From the human T2T-CHM13v2.0 reference genome, Homo sapiens: a DNA stretch of 64,000 bases. Below the pieces are notes generated by a model that was not told where the DNA came from, searched no databases, and saw nothing but the letters and a program-made list of their open reading frames with translations. The translations under genes and the position numbers were made by a program. The number at the start of each line of letters is the position of its first letter. Position 1 is the stretch's first letter. The stretch lies in assembly GCF_009914755.1 (NCBI RefSeq), contig NC_060940.1; one strand, given 5' to 3'. Positions 21,630 through 35,459 of the stretch are shown piece after piece.

Positions 21630-23010
21630 GTTTCTCCCTGTAGGAGAAGGGGCCACAAATACAGAAAAAAATGAGAGCGAACCTGTGGCACTGGAATGGA
21701 ATTGGAGGCATTGGGATGAACTCATGGTTTTCAATACATATAAATAAATACAGACATACGTACTTAAATATAGATGTATATTTACATCCATTCATATATA
21801 GAGATATAAATGTTATGTAGATGTGTGTGTATACATCCACACACATATAAACTCAGACATGTTCCTCAGCTCTGTCTGCAGAGAAGGCCTGGGAACAGTG
21901 ACACCCTTGCAGCAGTGAGCATACCTAGCATTCAGACCTTGGGTTCTAAACAAAGCAGGGAAAAAGTACAACATGAGTCTGGGACATCTTGTGCCGGGAA
22001 GTAAGAAGGTAATAAACTGCTCAAAGAATGATAGAATCATGACAATAAGAAACTGGGAGTTCACACTAGCCAAATCTGGGACAATTTGGGCATTAAAATA
22101 AATAATGAAAGTCACAGATTATAAGCTATTGCATGAAATAGGAGACTGTAAGTAGGTAACATAAACCATGTAAAGAGAATTTTTTTTTCTTATAGTAGGA
22201 TGTGCCACTAATAAATGTAGAAGGAATGATGGAGTTTTCAAATTCACCATTTGGCAGCCATCATAGTGATAAATAATTTAGCCAAACACACCAATGGATT
22301 GTTCTCAAAGCACCTTCCCACAGAATAATTATATACAAAAAGAATAATTTCGCCATGGAGAAATCTGGCCAGTACCAAGGTGTCAAAATATACATCATCA
22401 GTTTTGAGACAATTAATATACTTGAATTTGTGTATTACCTGATAGGATGCAAAGATTGCATCATTATTTCTGGGGTATTCCTGTTGAAAATGTATCACCA
22501 GAACCTAATCCTAAGGACAGAACAGACAGACTCAAATTGAGGATAATACTATAAAATAACTGGCCTGTAATCATCAAAATTCAAGGAAAGATAAGTGAAG
22601 AAAGACTGAGAGAATGTTAGAGATGGACAAAAACTAAAGAGACTTAATAATTCAAGAACTCAATGTCATATGTGATCCTGGTTTGGATCCTTTTACTATA
22701 CAGGATATTGTTGGGACAATTGGTGGAACTTGAATGCAGATATATCAATGTTAACTTGTTTCCTCTTTTTATGTGTTTGTTTTTTTTCTTATCAATGTTA
22801 ATTTGATATATCTATACCGACTAAGCAGTCATCAATATCATCTTGATATTGATTATTATATTTTGGTTCTGTAGGAGAATATCCTTGTTTGTAGGAATTA
22901 CACACCTGAACACTTAGGGTAAAGAAGTATCATGTTAGAACCTATTCAGAGATGATTCTGGGGGAAATGCTCTGTAAATTTGAAATTATTTCAAAAAATT
23001 TTTTTAATAA
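21630..23010 (+). mobile_element. L1MC-like 3'UTR
   Basis: agccaaatctgggacaattt, tcaccatttggcagccatcatagt, aaaataactggcctgta, tgtaggagaatatccttgt. Confidence 0.75.
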
Positions 23011-23278
23011 ATGTTCTTTCAGGCACATTCACCACTAGAGAAATTACTTTCTTTGAGAACTACAAAGACACAACTTTTGATATAAACCTACAGCAGAATA
23101 ATGTGTTTTCTTATTGGGATTTTGAGATCTATTAGATACAAAAATAAGCATGCAGAGGTTTCTTAAGAGATAGCTTTTTAAAAACACATTTAACACACAC
23201 TGAAGATACATACACACACAGATATGGTAAAGAATTTTAAAGTGGCTGGTGTAGTTGTGCATCTACTGAGATTTATAG

Positions 23279-23900
<622 letters not shown>

Positions 23901-25799
23901 TCATGAGTAGTTAAAATGCTTTCATAAAATCATTTTAGTATGATTATGTTAGCTTTCTTTCCTCTCACCAGGAGTAGAATTACCAGGGGGCCATCAAAGT
24001 CATGGCTTCTGCTATTAAGCCTGTCTCAGGATGAAATTAAAGCCTGGAGCTGGAGCATATTCTAGAAGACAGAAGGCAGGGCAAGGCCATAGACAGACTT
24101 GGGCTTTAGAGAACTAAGACTTTGGTTAAATTCCATACCTGCTACTTAGAAGCTTTGTGACTTGAGTCTTGGCGTGTAAAATGTCTATAGCATACACAAT
24201 CATAGCGACCACGCCAATTGTGGAGGGTTAAATTAGATAAACCTTGCAAAACAGCTAATTAAGTGACCAACCTAAAGAATGTCCTCAAAGAGCTATGGTT
24301 ATTTTTATTACTCCTTTAAAAGTGCATGAGTAGTTTCTTCAGAAGAATGTAGGCGTTAGGGTCAGAGATAGTAACAGAACGTTTGAGGGCATTTTTGAGA
24401 GTGTGATAAGCTTGTCACTATTTGTTCCTGCAGAGGTTTGGACTGCCGAGGATGGACTTAAATTGCTTCAGAAGGAATTTCAGTTGACAAGAAGCATGTC
24501 CTGTGAGATGCTGAAAAAGGATAGATAGCAATCTTTCTAGAACAATATGGGTTTAGTGCACACCAGCCTTGGAACCAGGCACAAAGGACAGAATACTTCA
24601 TCCAGACCCACCTGTGTTTAAGTGGTGGAAAGAATATTGATTTTTCTGTCTGTAAAAATGTAAGCCTTTATCCCAGAGGAGGGTCTCATCAGGTGCATGA
24701 TTAAAATGTGTCTGTATATTTTCTTTTGAAGAGAAAATGTGCTTCCTTTAGAGAACTTATTTAGTTGCTCATCTAAAATTAGTGGCTCTTAGTTATTGAC
24801 CCAGGACTTCTTTAGAATTCTGGGTATTATTAAAGGAAGTTTTCCTGATGCACTGTCTTCTGCTTTAATTCATTCACTCAACCATGCTACAGATGTTTAT
24901 TGAGAACACCTAATATTCCAAGCACTCTGCTAGAAGTTATTTTGAAAAAAAAAAAAGGACAAAACAGAACCTCATGAAACAGTATTCACAGTCTACTGCT
25001 CTTATAACCTCTGATGGGTTTTATGGGAACTCTTTGCAAAGGAACACACTTTGAACCATTTTTAAAAATCAGATTATTTTGGCTACAGAGGTATATATCT
25101 GGAGTATTTGGAGACTGGCTTATCTCCACATTTGCCTGGAATTCCTGTATCTAGAGATTTCCTTCCAGCAGTGTCCCTATATGCAGTGAACAGCAGCCTG
25201 TGACTTGCAGGAGAGGTGCCCATCCTTGATAGCTCATGTAAAATTAAACTTAGGCTGGTCATTGGTTTACTCTGTTATGAAATAGAAGCTGTCAGTGTTG
25301 CCGCTTTTAATGCATGGGGGGAGAATTTTCCTTAAAAAAAATCATGGCAATGTTAACTCTCCCAGCCAACTAGTGGCACTAAGAAAAACTGCTGCTTGGG
25401 TCTGAATTGCCAAAGGAAGAAAGCTGCAATTGCAGTACATTTCCCTATTACAAAGAGCATCAGCTTTGCCAGGAAGAGGCACATGCAACACAAAGCACAC
25501 CACAAAAGAACTTTGGTGGTGAAATGACTCTGTCTTCATTCACATATGCTGGTAGCATGTTTATTCAGTGTGTGCCTCTGCTGAGATAAGAGCCGCTTCC
25601 TTCAGATGCCCTAGACTGCCGTTTGTGTAGCTGGAGAACTTAATGAGTAATTGATGTGCTTGTCTGGTCAATATAAAGTATTTCCATAGCCTGTGGCTGT
25701 GTTTATAGAGAGCGGGAGAGAGACCACAGGCAGCAATTTGTCTTCTTAGGTATCAGCAAAGTCTTCTCTTTTAACAACTAGAAGATTTATTTTTAACTG

Positions 25800-26182
25800 C
25801 TTGACTCAGTGTTTGTCAGATGATTCGGACCATCAAACTGCAGACTGAAGTCCCCAGCGCGGGGGAAGCTGGAATGGCAAGGGAAAGGGGGCTGGCTGGG
25901 AAAAGGGGTGGGATTTTAGAATCGTGCCTGTGTGGCTCTGCCTCCCGATGTGGGAGAGAGTTAAGGGCTTCCAGCGGCATGAGTGTATTTGCAGGTCAAG
26001 CTGGGAACTAAAGGGTAATGGCTGCCTTCAGCTGCTTAAAGACATAATTGGCCAGTGATTGGGGTATTGTGGGGAGCAACCAGGGACCCAGGGACCAGAG
26101 TGTTCTGCGCACCGCACTTCGCTCTTCTGCAAATTAAGCTTTTCTCCTGCTTGATGCTGCCTGTCTTCAGAAGCCTCTCACC
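25800..26182 (+). promoter_or_regulatory. Putative alternative promoter / 5'UTR for the MIDSSKK exon
   Basis: Repeat-free, GC-richer than flanks, G-tract cluster 25881-25912, two ATTGG (inverted CCAAT) near 26048 and 26058, directly upstream of the start codon. TSS not determinable. Confidence 0.55.
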
Positions 26183-26303
26183 ATGATCGATAGCTCCAAG
26201 AAGCAGCAACAGGGCTTCCCAGAGATTTTAACTGCTGGGGATTTTGAACCATTAAAAGAAAAGGAATGCCTTGAGGGGAGCAACCAGAAAAGTCTCAAGG
26301 AAG
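26183..26303 (+). CDS. MRTFB: MRTFB isoform-specific N-terminal coding exon (MIDSSKK...KSLKE + first base of Val)
   Basis: caccATG at 26183; translation matches the recalled human MRTFB N-terminus; donor AAG|GTCAGT at 26303/26304, phase 1, joins in frame to exon 49510 (E-V-L-Q-L). Confidence 0.95.
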
Positions 26304-27869
26304 GTCAGTCTGTCTGTGGACAGGGGCAAAACTGCCAAATTCATATTCTGGTCAGCCAGCTGAGCGTGTCTGTCTGTTACCATGCTATGTGTCTGCTCTC
26401 TCTGTTCACTCATGTACCTTACACATTCTAAGTTCTTTGAAATGAAAGCTTAATGCTGTTCTGGGTAGCTGTTACTAAAGATTCATTAGCTGATGGAACT
26501 GTAGGGCTTTTGCAGTAATTCATGCAGTAAGGGGACTTGTACAGCCAGTCCTCATTTTGGTAAAATCTTCCCAGGTTCATTTTGTATATTTTCTTCCTTT
26601 TTTTCTCTTCCCTCTGTCTTTTCGGAGAGGCCATTTCCTTTTTTATGTTAGTGAGAACACTGCTTCTTTTAGGTTTCCAAACACATAATTCCAGGAAAAT
26701 TCATTTTTTCAGTTAAGATGCTTATGATTTTTACTGTTTAAAACCAGGAAGGTAGCTAGCTTTTAAATCCTACAGTGATAGGTTAATTGGTTGTAATGCG
26801 CATTGCATCGTTTTTTGTTTTAAAAAGCACATTGCATAGCTTGATTTTGTTTTGTAACAAAGCAAAGAATAAGCTTGAGAATAAATACTGTCGATTATTA
26901 TTGTTAGTAAACACTGCACAGGCACCTCACTGATTGATTTAAGGAAATAGCCAAACATGTGGACATTGCTGTCCTCTGTCCTGGCATACAGAAGCATGGC
27001 AAGACTGGTACACAGCTTGCCTTCCTGTAGCCAGTGTTTAAGAAATTCAGGGTCTACAGAGAATAAGTTTTCCTGAATTTGAGACATGAGGGTCACTCTT
27101 CTCAATGCTTGTTTAATTTGAAAATTGGTTTCCTAGTCATCTTTGGAAAGCAAAAACCCACAATCCCCCTTTTTCAGCCTCTGCTTTCAGCTGCTGCCAG
27201 CAGCCACCCCCTTGCCTCCCGCTCGCTCTTGCCCGTCTTATAGAGACCCAGAGAGTAAATGTAGAGTTAATTGGTCTAAGTAGTGCTTTGAGCTTCTTCT
27301 AAAAGATAAGAAGAAGAAACAAGAGTTAGACTTGCTGGAGTTGAACTACTCTTGGGTATGGGCAGGAAAAACTCCTAGGTCGAAATAAATGACACACAAT
27401 GAAGTATAAATAGCTGTTGCTAGGAACCAAACAATGGAGTTGCCTCTGCTTGTGCACGGCATGTCTTACTGCCGGTTTTTATAAAAATCGATACCAGTGG
27501 AATTTTTAGGATGCATTTCTGGAGACTCATTGAAGGGAACTTAAATTTCTTAAATCATTAATTTCTTAAAAGTTTGAGAATTATCTATCATTTAAGTCAA
27601 GTTCAAGTGTCAAGCTCCTAATAATACCATAAATTTAAAACATTTTTGCGTACTTGAGAAACTAGGAAAGTAGAGGAAAACAGAATAGGAGAAATAAAAA
27701 GATGTCACAACAGCAATGGGATTAAGGCACATAGAAAGCAAGGATTAAAAATATAAAAACAGAGTAAGAGAATCATCAACAGGAACCACAAAATAGAGTT
27801 GTGATGGTTACATAAAGTACAGATTCTTTCCCTAACAATTCTGACTATGCTTTCGATTTATACAGGTGT

Positions 27870-28045
27870 AATAGTATAATGGCAAAACAGCATAGACCCT
27901 GGAGTGAGAAATACTTGAGTTCAAATCCTACATGCACCATTTACCGGGTCTGTGATCCTGGACAAGCTTACTCCTCTGAGCCTTAACTTCCTCATTTGTA
28001 CAATGAGGAGAAACAATACCTACTTCATAGTGATTTTATTAAGAT
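27870..28045 (+). mobile_element. MIR
   Basis: gagttcaaatcc...ctctgagcct...ttcctcatttgta. Confidence 0.8.
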
Positions 28046-29924
28046 GCCTTGTTAATGCCAGTTTCTCATCTCTCTTCTTGCTTTTTTCGTATTTCTTTTT
28101 CCTTCTGTTTAAATTTAAATTTTAAAATCCTGCATATGTTTACAAAATAGAAGTGTTATATATCTTATTGTTTTGTTAAATTCGTTGATATAAAGAGGTA
28201 GAGGAGAGAAACTTTATATTTAAAACACTCCACAGAAATAACTGGATGATAAAATTAATGTCTCACTGTAGTTGCACTGAACTGGGTTTTGCTTTATATC
28301 TCAACAGACTAAATATTTCTCCTCATTTAATAGATTCTACTCATCTAATAGATAGGGTTGAGGCTAAAATAATGTATGTAGACATTAAGGACGATTTGCT
28401 GCTTCAAAGTTAGTGACATTGAAAGGATTAGATCTGGATTTAATTAGAATGGAAAAAATAAAAATTATAGAAAGGCACTTTTAAAATTTGGAGTCATATA
28501 AAAATAACTCGGTTCTCTTTGCAAAATTGAACTCCCAAAATTCAGTATGTCACTGATCCTGCCTGCAGATGAACAACAGTGTTTAGCTCATCAGATTTGT
28601 AGAATTTAACTTTGGGACAAGCTCCTGGTTACTTTATCTGCTTTTAAATATTGGGTCCTGCATCGTTTACATGAATCCATGGAAGTTAATTGAGATGGCA
28701 GCAGTTGTTCAAATACTTTTGGTTAATGTTTTACTCTAAAATACCCTGGAGTCTAATTAGATTTGTGCTGTTTTGTCAAAAGAGACAAATATATAAATGA
28801 CTATTAATAATCCCTAATAGTTTATACTTCATGTTTTAAAGGACACTTATTAAAAATATTTATCATATTTTATATCAACAGTGGTTTTCTACTCATTTTT
28901 GGAAAACTTGTTTTTGGGTTGTTTGAAAAAGCAACCTTTAGAATTTTTTCAAATGTCTGAATTATAAGTTTCTGGGTAATGAAGGAGGGATAAATTTGGG
29001 TTCATTTAACTTTTTAATCACATAGACACAAGCTTGGGCTCTATATGTCTGATACGTGTCCACTCTCAGGGCTTGGAAGGCTACTCTGCTTCTCAAGTAG
29101 TTGCTTGCTTGCTTCCTTATATTGGGATGTTTTAGAATCTTGTAATTGTTGACAGTGCTAGTTGGCTGAAATTATTATGAGGGGAAAACAGCCTTTATTA
29201 GCAAACGCTGTAGGATTCAAGAATTGACGGGATGCCTTAACAAGAAAATTTAGCAATACCTTTTGAAAATTTAAAAGAGGAAAAAGTTCTAACTGCTGAC
29301 CACCTGTGAAGAGTTGTCATCACAGTGCAGAGAATTGTGTGGATAATAAAGCATATCATCTCACAGCTTTGTTGATGCTTATATAAGCTTTTTGATAGAC
29401 ACCAGCCAGTATATGTGGTTGGAGAATTTAATTATTTTCTTCTCTAGGAGAGAACAGCAATAAATGTCATGAATTCCCCTGAACAAATTCAAAATAGAAA
29501 ATTCTCCTTAGACTAGTTTCTTTTGTCAAAGCAGCAACAGGAAATCTCAACTTTTAACTTGTCTACAAACGGCTTCAAACATTCTCTGATTACACTCAAC
29601 ATACATGAGCTTTCAATTTCTGGATCTACAGCTAAGAAGAGTATTACAAACCACTCTGACATGACAACTGAAGAGTTGATAATTATGAATTTTCAGGAAA
29701 AATCAAATAAATTGAGATGATTTAATTCAGATAAGTGTTTTAATGTGGGTCATTATTGAGATAAATGAATCATAATTCTAATGCTACTAGCTAGTTATGT
29801 TCCATATTTATCACAGGCAAATGGTAGCAAATGGATTTTAAGAGGAAAAAATGATATTTGATATAAAGGACTCTCTAATGGTGAAAAATAAGATACTACA
29901 GAAAGAAAACCAAGTTGTGTGTTA

Positions 29925-30130
29925 ATTACTTTGACTAAAACTGCCCTAACAGACAACCCTCAATCGCAGTGTTTTAACCATTCAAAGTGCATTTCTTGCT
30001 CAAAACGCAGTCCAGTGTGGGCAGGACAACTATCCCAGGCAGCTGTCCTCCAAGAAGTGACCTGGGGACCTGGGCTCCTGTCATTGTGTGGCTCAACCAG
30101 GAGTGTCAACGGAGTGGGGAGGAGTTACAG
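29925..30130 (-). mobile_element. Old MaLR LTR fragment (MLT1-like)
   Basis: taacagacaaccctcaatc...atttcttgctca...agtccagtgtggg pattern. Confidence 0.45.
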
Positions 30131-30396
30131 ACTTGGGGGGCCACATTTCCAGTTCTGCCACAGACTGGCTAATAGCCGAGATGAAGTACATGAAAGCTTA
30201 TGGTAGATGGCCCAGCCAGCAATGCAGTAAATTAACATACTGTACTGGGATGTGTCTATAGTAGCTTTGAGAAGAAAATGAACATTTGTCTGAAATATTA
30301 TGAATAATCCAACCTGGAAATACATCGAGATTAAATAAATCACTTTACCAAAGCACCAGAGCTTTTTTAAATGATGGAAGTTATGCATACTCTACC

Positions 30397-30585
30397 TGTA
30401 CTGTCCACTACGCACATATGGCTGCTTAAATTTAAAATAATTAAAATGAAATAAATTGTTTTAAAAATTCAGCTCCTCAGTCACATTAGCCACATTTCAA
30501 CTACTCAGCAGCCACATGTGGCTAGTGGCTGCTGCAATGAATGTTTCCATTTCTGCCCTCACAGAAAGCTCTGGACAACGCTACT
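30397..30585 (-). mobile_element. MER3 (hAT-Charlie) DNA transposon
   Basis: aaaattcagctcctcagtcacattagccacatttcaa...agccacatgtggctagtggct. Confidence 0.85.
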
Positions 30586-31356
30586 CAGTGCTTTGCTCCT
30601 CTCGCTCCTGCCTTGCAGGCCCTGTCTCTTACAACCCAATTCCTGTGCCATTTTTTAAAGAAAGGCACTTGATCCCATCAGCTAATGATAATTTCTTCTC
30701 TCCTGTATATTCCCAGTAACTGTATCTGTACCATTCTATGGCATTTCACCTTATGCTAGTGTAATATAGAGCTGCACTGTCTTTGCTATTAGCCCCATAA
30801 TATTTCTTGGAGAAAGAATTGTTGTCTGGCCTGTTTGTCCCCCTCATCCCCCAATACCCTGCATCTCATAGACACATTATTATTATGCATAAGTATTTAA
30901 AGAGTATTATACCCTTCTCTGCCTTCTTAAACAGAATATAATAATTGGAATTATCACCTTCAGATATAATTTATAATTCCATTATAAATTAATGGCTTAC
31001 CCCAAATGTAATGCCATGGTGCCCCGAAGGCACTGTTAAGGTATGTAAGATTGTTGTCCATGCACAGAATGATTGCTGGGTCATTACTAGATTACTCAAA
31101 TTGTTATTTATTGTTTGATTTTTATCATCTGCCACTTCAGGCTGCTCTTCCTTTTCTGATTGCTGCTTCTAACTTTAAAAATAAAATAGACAATTAAAAT
31201 AAATGGTTAAAACATATAGAAGGTATTACAAAGCACATGAATTTTGCAACGTCTATTTTGATTTCTTTTGGAATGTCTTCTTTGTTTTCTGCCGACATTC
31301 TACTAATTAAAAGTGTTGTACAAGTGAGCTGCCACTAAATTAATGTTTTTTAAAGG

Positions 31357-31677
<321 letters not shown>

Positions 31678-32019
31678 TTATACAATAGGAATGAAAAAGT
31701 AAAAGATATCTCTTCACAGACATTATTCAGTATTTTTAAAAGGTGCATACTACTATTGAGATGAAGTTATATAATTTTTTTATTAGAAATAATTTTATTT
31801 AGCAGAAGTTTGAGTGCTTTCACATAGCACAATGCCAGTTATGTTAAACTTCTGTAAGCCCCTACATTCAGGGAGCTGATAGCCTAAAGAATGAGAAACT
31901 AAATGATAGTAGAAGTTAAAACACACCCACATACACGAGATAACAGAAAAAAGCTATGTATGCTTTGGTCCAAATAAGCAAGCATTACAGACTGGGGGCT
32001 GGGCCTCTCTTGTGCTGCA

Positions 32020-32960
32020 GACCTGTGCTGCCATCTGCCTCCCTGATGTTTCCAATGGGCCTTTTATTCCTTGCCACCAAACATTCTTCCAGGGTTCCTC
32101 ATCTCAATAAACAGCACCCCTGTCCACCCAGTGGCTCCTGCCAGGAACCTAGTTGGGAGCAATTCTTGACACCTTCCTTGACCTCCTCAGAACCTGTCAC
32201 CAAGTCCTGCCGCCAAAGCTGCCAATTCTACCTCAGAAATATTTCATCTGTCCACAGCACTGTATCATCACGGCCAACAGCCCTGTCCAGGTCCCCTTTA
32301 CTCAGATCACATATTTACGGGCATCTTTACTCCAGCAGAAAGAGCGCAGCCTTGCTGGTTTTCCCTCCCCCTACACACATTCTGGCCCCTTTCATTCCTT
32401 CACCCTCCACTGATGTCAGGAGTGATCATTGTATTGCGTCACTGCACTCCAACCTGGGCAACAGTGAGACCCTGTCTCAAAAAAAAAAAAAAAAAAAAAA
32501 AAAAAAGAATGATCATCTTAAAATGTAATCCTATTCCGTTGTGTCACTGGCTCACACCTTGTAATTGATTTCCGTTGTACTTGGGATAAAATCAAAAATC
32601 TGTGGGGTAAAAAGCCTTGCCTATGTTTCCAGAAGCCGCTGGACTTGCTCTCCCTCATCTCTCTTCTCTCTAGAATGCCTCCCCTCCCCAGCCCCTGGCC
32701 TGAGCACCTGCAGCTCACCCTTTCAGTTTCACTTCAGATGTCGCCTTCTCACACAGGCCCTTCAGTACCACTGCTCCCTCCTCAAACTGACTTAGATCCT
32801 TTTAGTCTTTGTATGTATCATCACTATTATTTTATTCAATATCCCTCCCCCCTCTAGACTGTAAGATCTATGAGGATGGCGCTAAGTCTATTTTGTTCAC
32901 CACTGTGCTTGCACCTGCCGGCCTGTGACATCTGCTACTCACTTGGTAAATACTATTTCA
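32020..32960 (+). mobile_element. L2 3' part
   Basis: tcaccaagtcctg, ctagactgtaag...tattttgttcaccactgt terminal motifs. Confidence 0.75.
32434..32506 (+). mobile_element. Extremely 5'-truncated Alu inside L2
   Basis: Last ~45 nt of Alu + long A tail; GAGTGATCAT / GAATGATCAT flanks. Confidence 0.85.
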
Positions 32961-33156
32961 CAGGAGGATGTTTATTTCCTGGGATAGAATAACCAGGAAA
33001 GTGTTCGTGGGGCTGCTGTGGTTATCCTGATTCCATCACCTAAAGGAAAAAGGCACATCAAAATTACCATTTAAACCATTTTAAGGCCTACATTCAGCGT
33101 CAGGGTAGGCCTTGATTAGTATTTCATCATATCAGTCTCACCTCATTAAGGTGATA

Positions 33157-33281
33157 ATAGTCCCTGCTTACAGTGGTTCAACTTAGGATTTTTGACTTTA
33201 TGATGGGTTTATCAGAGTATTAAATGCATTTTGACTTACAGTTTTCGACTTAAACCCATCCTAAGTGAAGGAGCATCTGTA
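33157..33281 (-). mobile_element. MER47-like (TcMar-Tigger) remnant
   Basis: gactttatgatgggtttatc...aaacccatcctaagtgaaggagcatctgTA terminus. Confidence 0.7.
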
Positions 33282-33445
33282 CTATCATAACACCACTCTA
33301 ATTTATTAAAAGCTTTCAGGAAAAAGTATAGATACGTTTGAAACATTGGGTTTTCCGTTGTTTCCTAAAGATAGCTTTATCAGGGTTTTTTAGCAGGCAT
33401 CAGAATGGCAAAGAAGATCTTAACATTTCTTTGTGTCTTCCCAGT

Positions 33446-33805
33446 TGTATTTGTATTGCTTATACTGCAATAACAAAATACCGGTGGACTACCTGGCTTA
33501 AACAACAGAAGTTACTTTTCTCACAGTTCTGGAGGCTAGGAAGCCTGGTGAGGCCAGTTAATGGTGGTGGGTCTCTTCCAGGCTTGTAGCCTTCTTGCTG
33601 TGCATGCACAGGGAGAGAAAGAAAGAGGGAGGGTGAGCCCTCAGGTGTCTCTTCTCATGAGGACACTAACCCTGTCAGATCAGGGTCCCAACCTCGTGAC
33701 CTCATTTAACTTTACCTCCGAAAGGCCCTTTTTCCAAATGCAGTCACATTGGGGGTTAGGGCTTCCATGTAGGAATTTGAGAGGGACACAGTTCAGTCTA
33801 TAACA
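33446..33805 (-). mobile_element. MLT1A-like solo LTR
   Basis: TG...CA ends; ggcttaaacaacagaa, tctcacagttctggaggct, gacctcatttaac, agtcacattgggggttagggct. Confidence 0.88.
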
Positions 33806-34019
33806 GCAGTGAATTCTTATTGATGTAAGAACTTTTTCTAGTGGTATTTTAAGGTACAAGATTTCTTATAAAATAGAGATAGTGTGAGCAAAAGCACTGA
33901 TGAGGTTAATTGGTACAGTGGCCAAAACTTCATAGCATATTAGGAAGTATTTCTTTTTGTATGCTTTTCTTTTTTTTTTTTTTTTTTAATTATCTTGTGG
34001 AAAGACTAAATTTTCCTTT

Positions 34020-34190
34020 TTAATTCTGGCTCTGCTTCTCACTAGCTGTGTGATCTTGGATAAATGCTTAATTCCTTTGTAAAACTCAGTATTGGTACCC
34101 GCCATGTAGGGTTGTTATGAGGATTAGATGTGGTGATAGCCGTAAAGCTCCCAGGATGGAGTCTGACAAACAATGAGCCCACATTAAAGC
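34020..34190 (+). mobile_element. MIR
   Basis: ctagctgtgtgatcttgg...tagggttgttatgaggatta. Confidence 0.75.
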
Positions 34191-35445
34191 TCCGTTTGAC
34201 GCACTTGGCCATCCTTCCCAGTGTGGGGCAAAGTAAAACCAATTTCTAGGCTATTGAAGCAGGTGAATGCACACAGGCTGGCAATTTCCCAACTGAATAT
34301 GATTTCTGAGGAGGTGCAAGTATCCAGTGTCTGCATTCTAGCATGCATGATCATCTGCTAGAGTTGCCCTTTTTCTCGTTTATTTGAATCTAAACAGTAG
34401 AGCAAGTAGATTGACTATCTTGGAGTTTAAACACCGAAAACATCCAAACATCAGAACTTTTCTCCACATACTACTGACATTGAAACATGTCACGAAACAT
34501 GACATTCTAATACCAGAACAATTGGCTTTTGTGCGTGGCAAGGGATAATGTGGCAATCCTCTATGCTGTGCATGGCTGCTTGGTCCATCATCGTCTGGAT
34601 CATCTCACACAGTTGCTATGATATTAGGATAACACACAAGTTATGGCAGTTCTTAGTTTATGTTTTGCTAGGCACATTGCACATGTGTGTGTATATATAT
34701 ACATAGGTATATGTACAAATGTGTATATGTAAATATATTTGAGTGTGTGTTTGTATCAGCCCCATTCCTGAATCCACAAAATGGAAAGGAAAACCGAGAT
34801 ACTGAGTCTGGATCATCTGACTTCAACAGAGTAGCATGTGCTTACTATTCTGGGAAAAATTGGAGGTAAACAATATTCCACTGTTTCCTGTTTCGTTAAT
34901 TGTTCTTTTATTCAGAGAGCCCACCTTACGCATTTGTATTAAGAAACATGAGAACATTCTATACAATGTACATTTTTCCATTATAGAGGGATTCAGAAGC
35001 AGAGCTTTAGCTTGTAGCACTAGCTCTACCTATAGCTGCACACTGAAATTCTAAACCATGATGGAGTGTAGAATTTTTTATTGCCCTCAAAATAAGAAAA
35101 ATAAACATTATCTTCTTTGGGAACTGTATAGATAAGGAATTTAGAACTTTAAGGATAGAACCAACATGATCTCACAGGTTAAAAATGAATTGTTTGAAAA
35201 ATCAAGTATTGTTTTAACCTCTGCATTGTTGGTGATCAATTAAGTGGATGATTAATATCTTTATGTACATCTGTCGCAGGCTAATGTTATCTCTGCCATT
35301 CTGTACCAGGCCCCTGGCTTGACAACATACTGTCATATCACAAGAAGCATACTTTAAATTCATTCCAACTTTTGACAAAAAGGAGAAGGGAATTTGTGTG
35401 AAGGTATGATGAGTTTAAAGAAACATGCCCCATTTTTAGCTGTCT

Positions 35446-35459
35446 GTTTCCATGGCAAC
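35446..35459. promoter_or_regulatory. RFX X-box motif GTTTCCATGGCAAC
   Basis: Matches palindromic RFX consensus GTTNCCATGGNAAC in unique intronic sequence; occupancy unknown. Confidence 0.5.

Noticed and set aside
21304-21846. Overlapping 118-147 aa ORFs on both strands
   Set aside because: Extend into L1MC-like sequence; no coding features or splice logic.
31956-32528. 190-aa ORF, longest in the track
   Set aside because: Runs through L2 and an Alu tail (poly-Lys); no recognisable protein.
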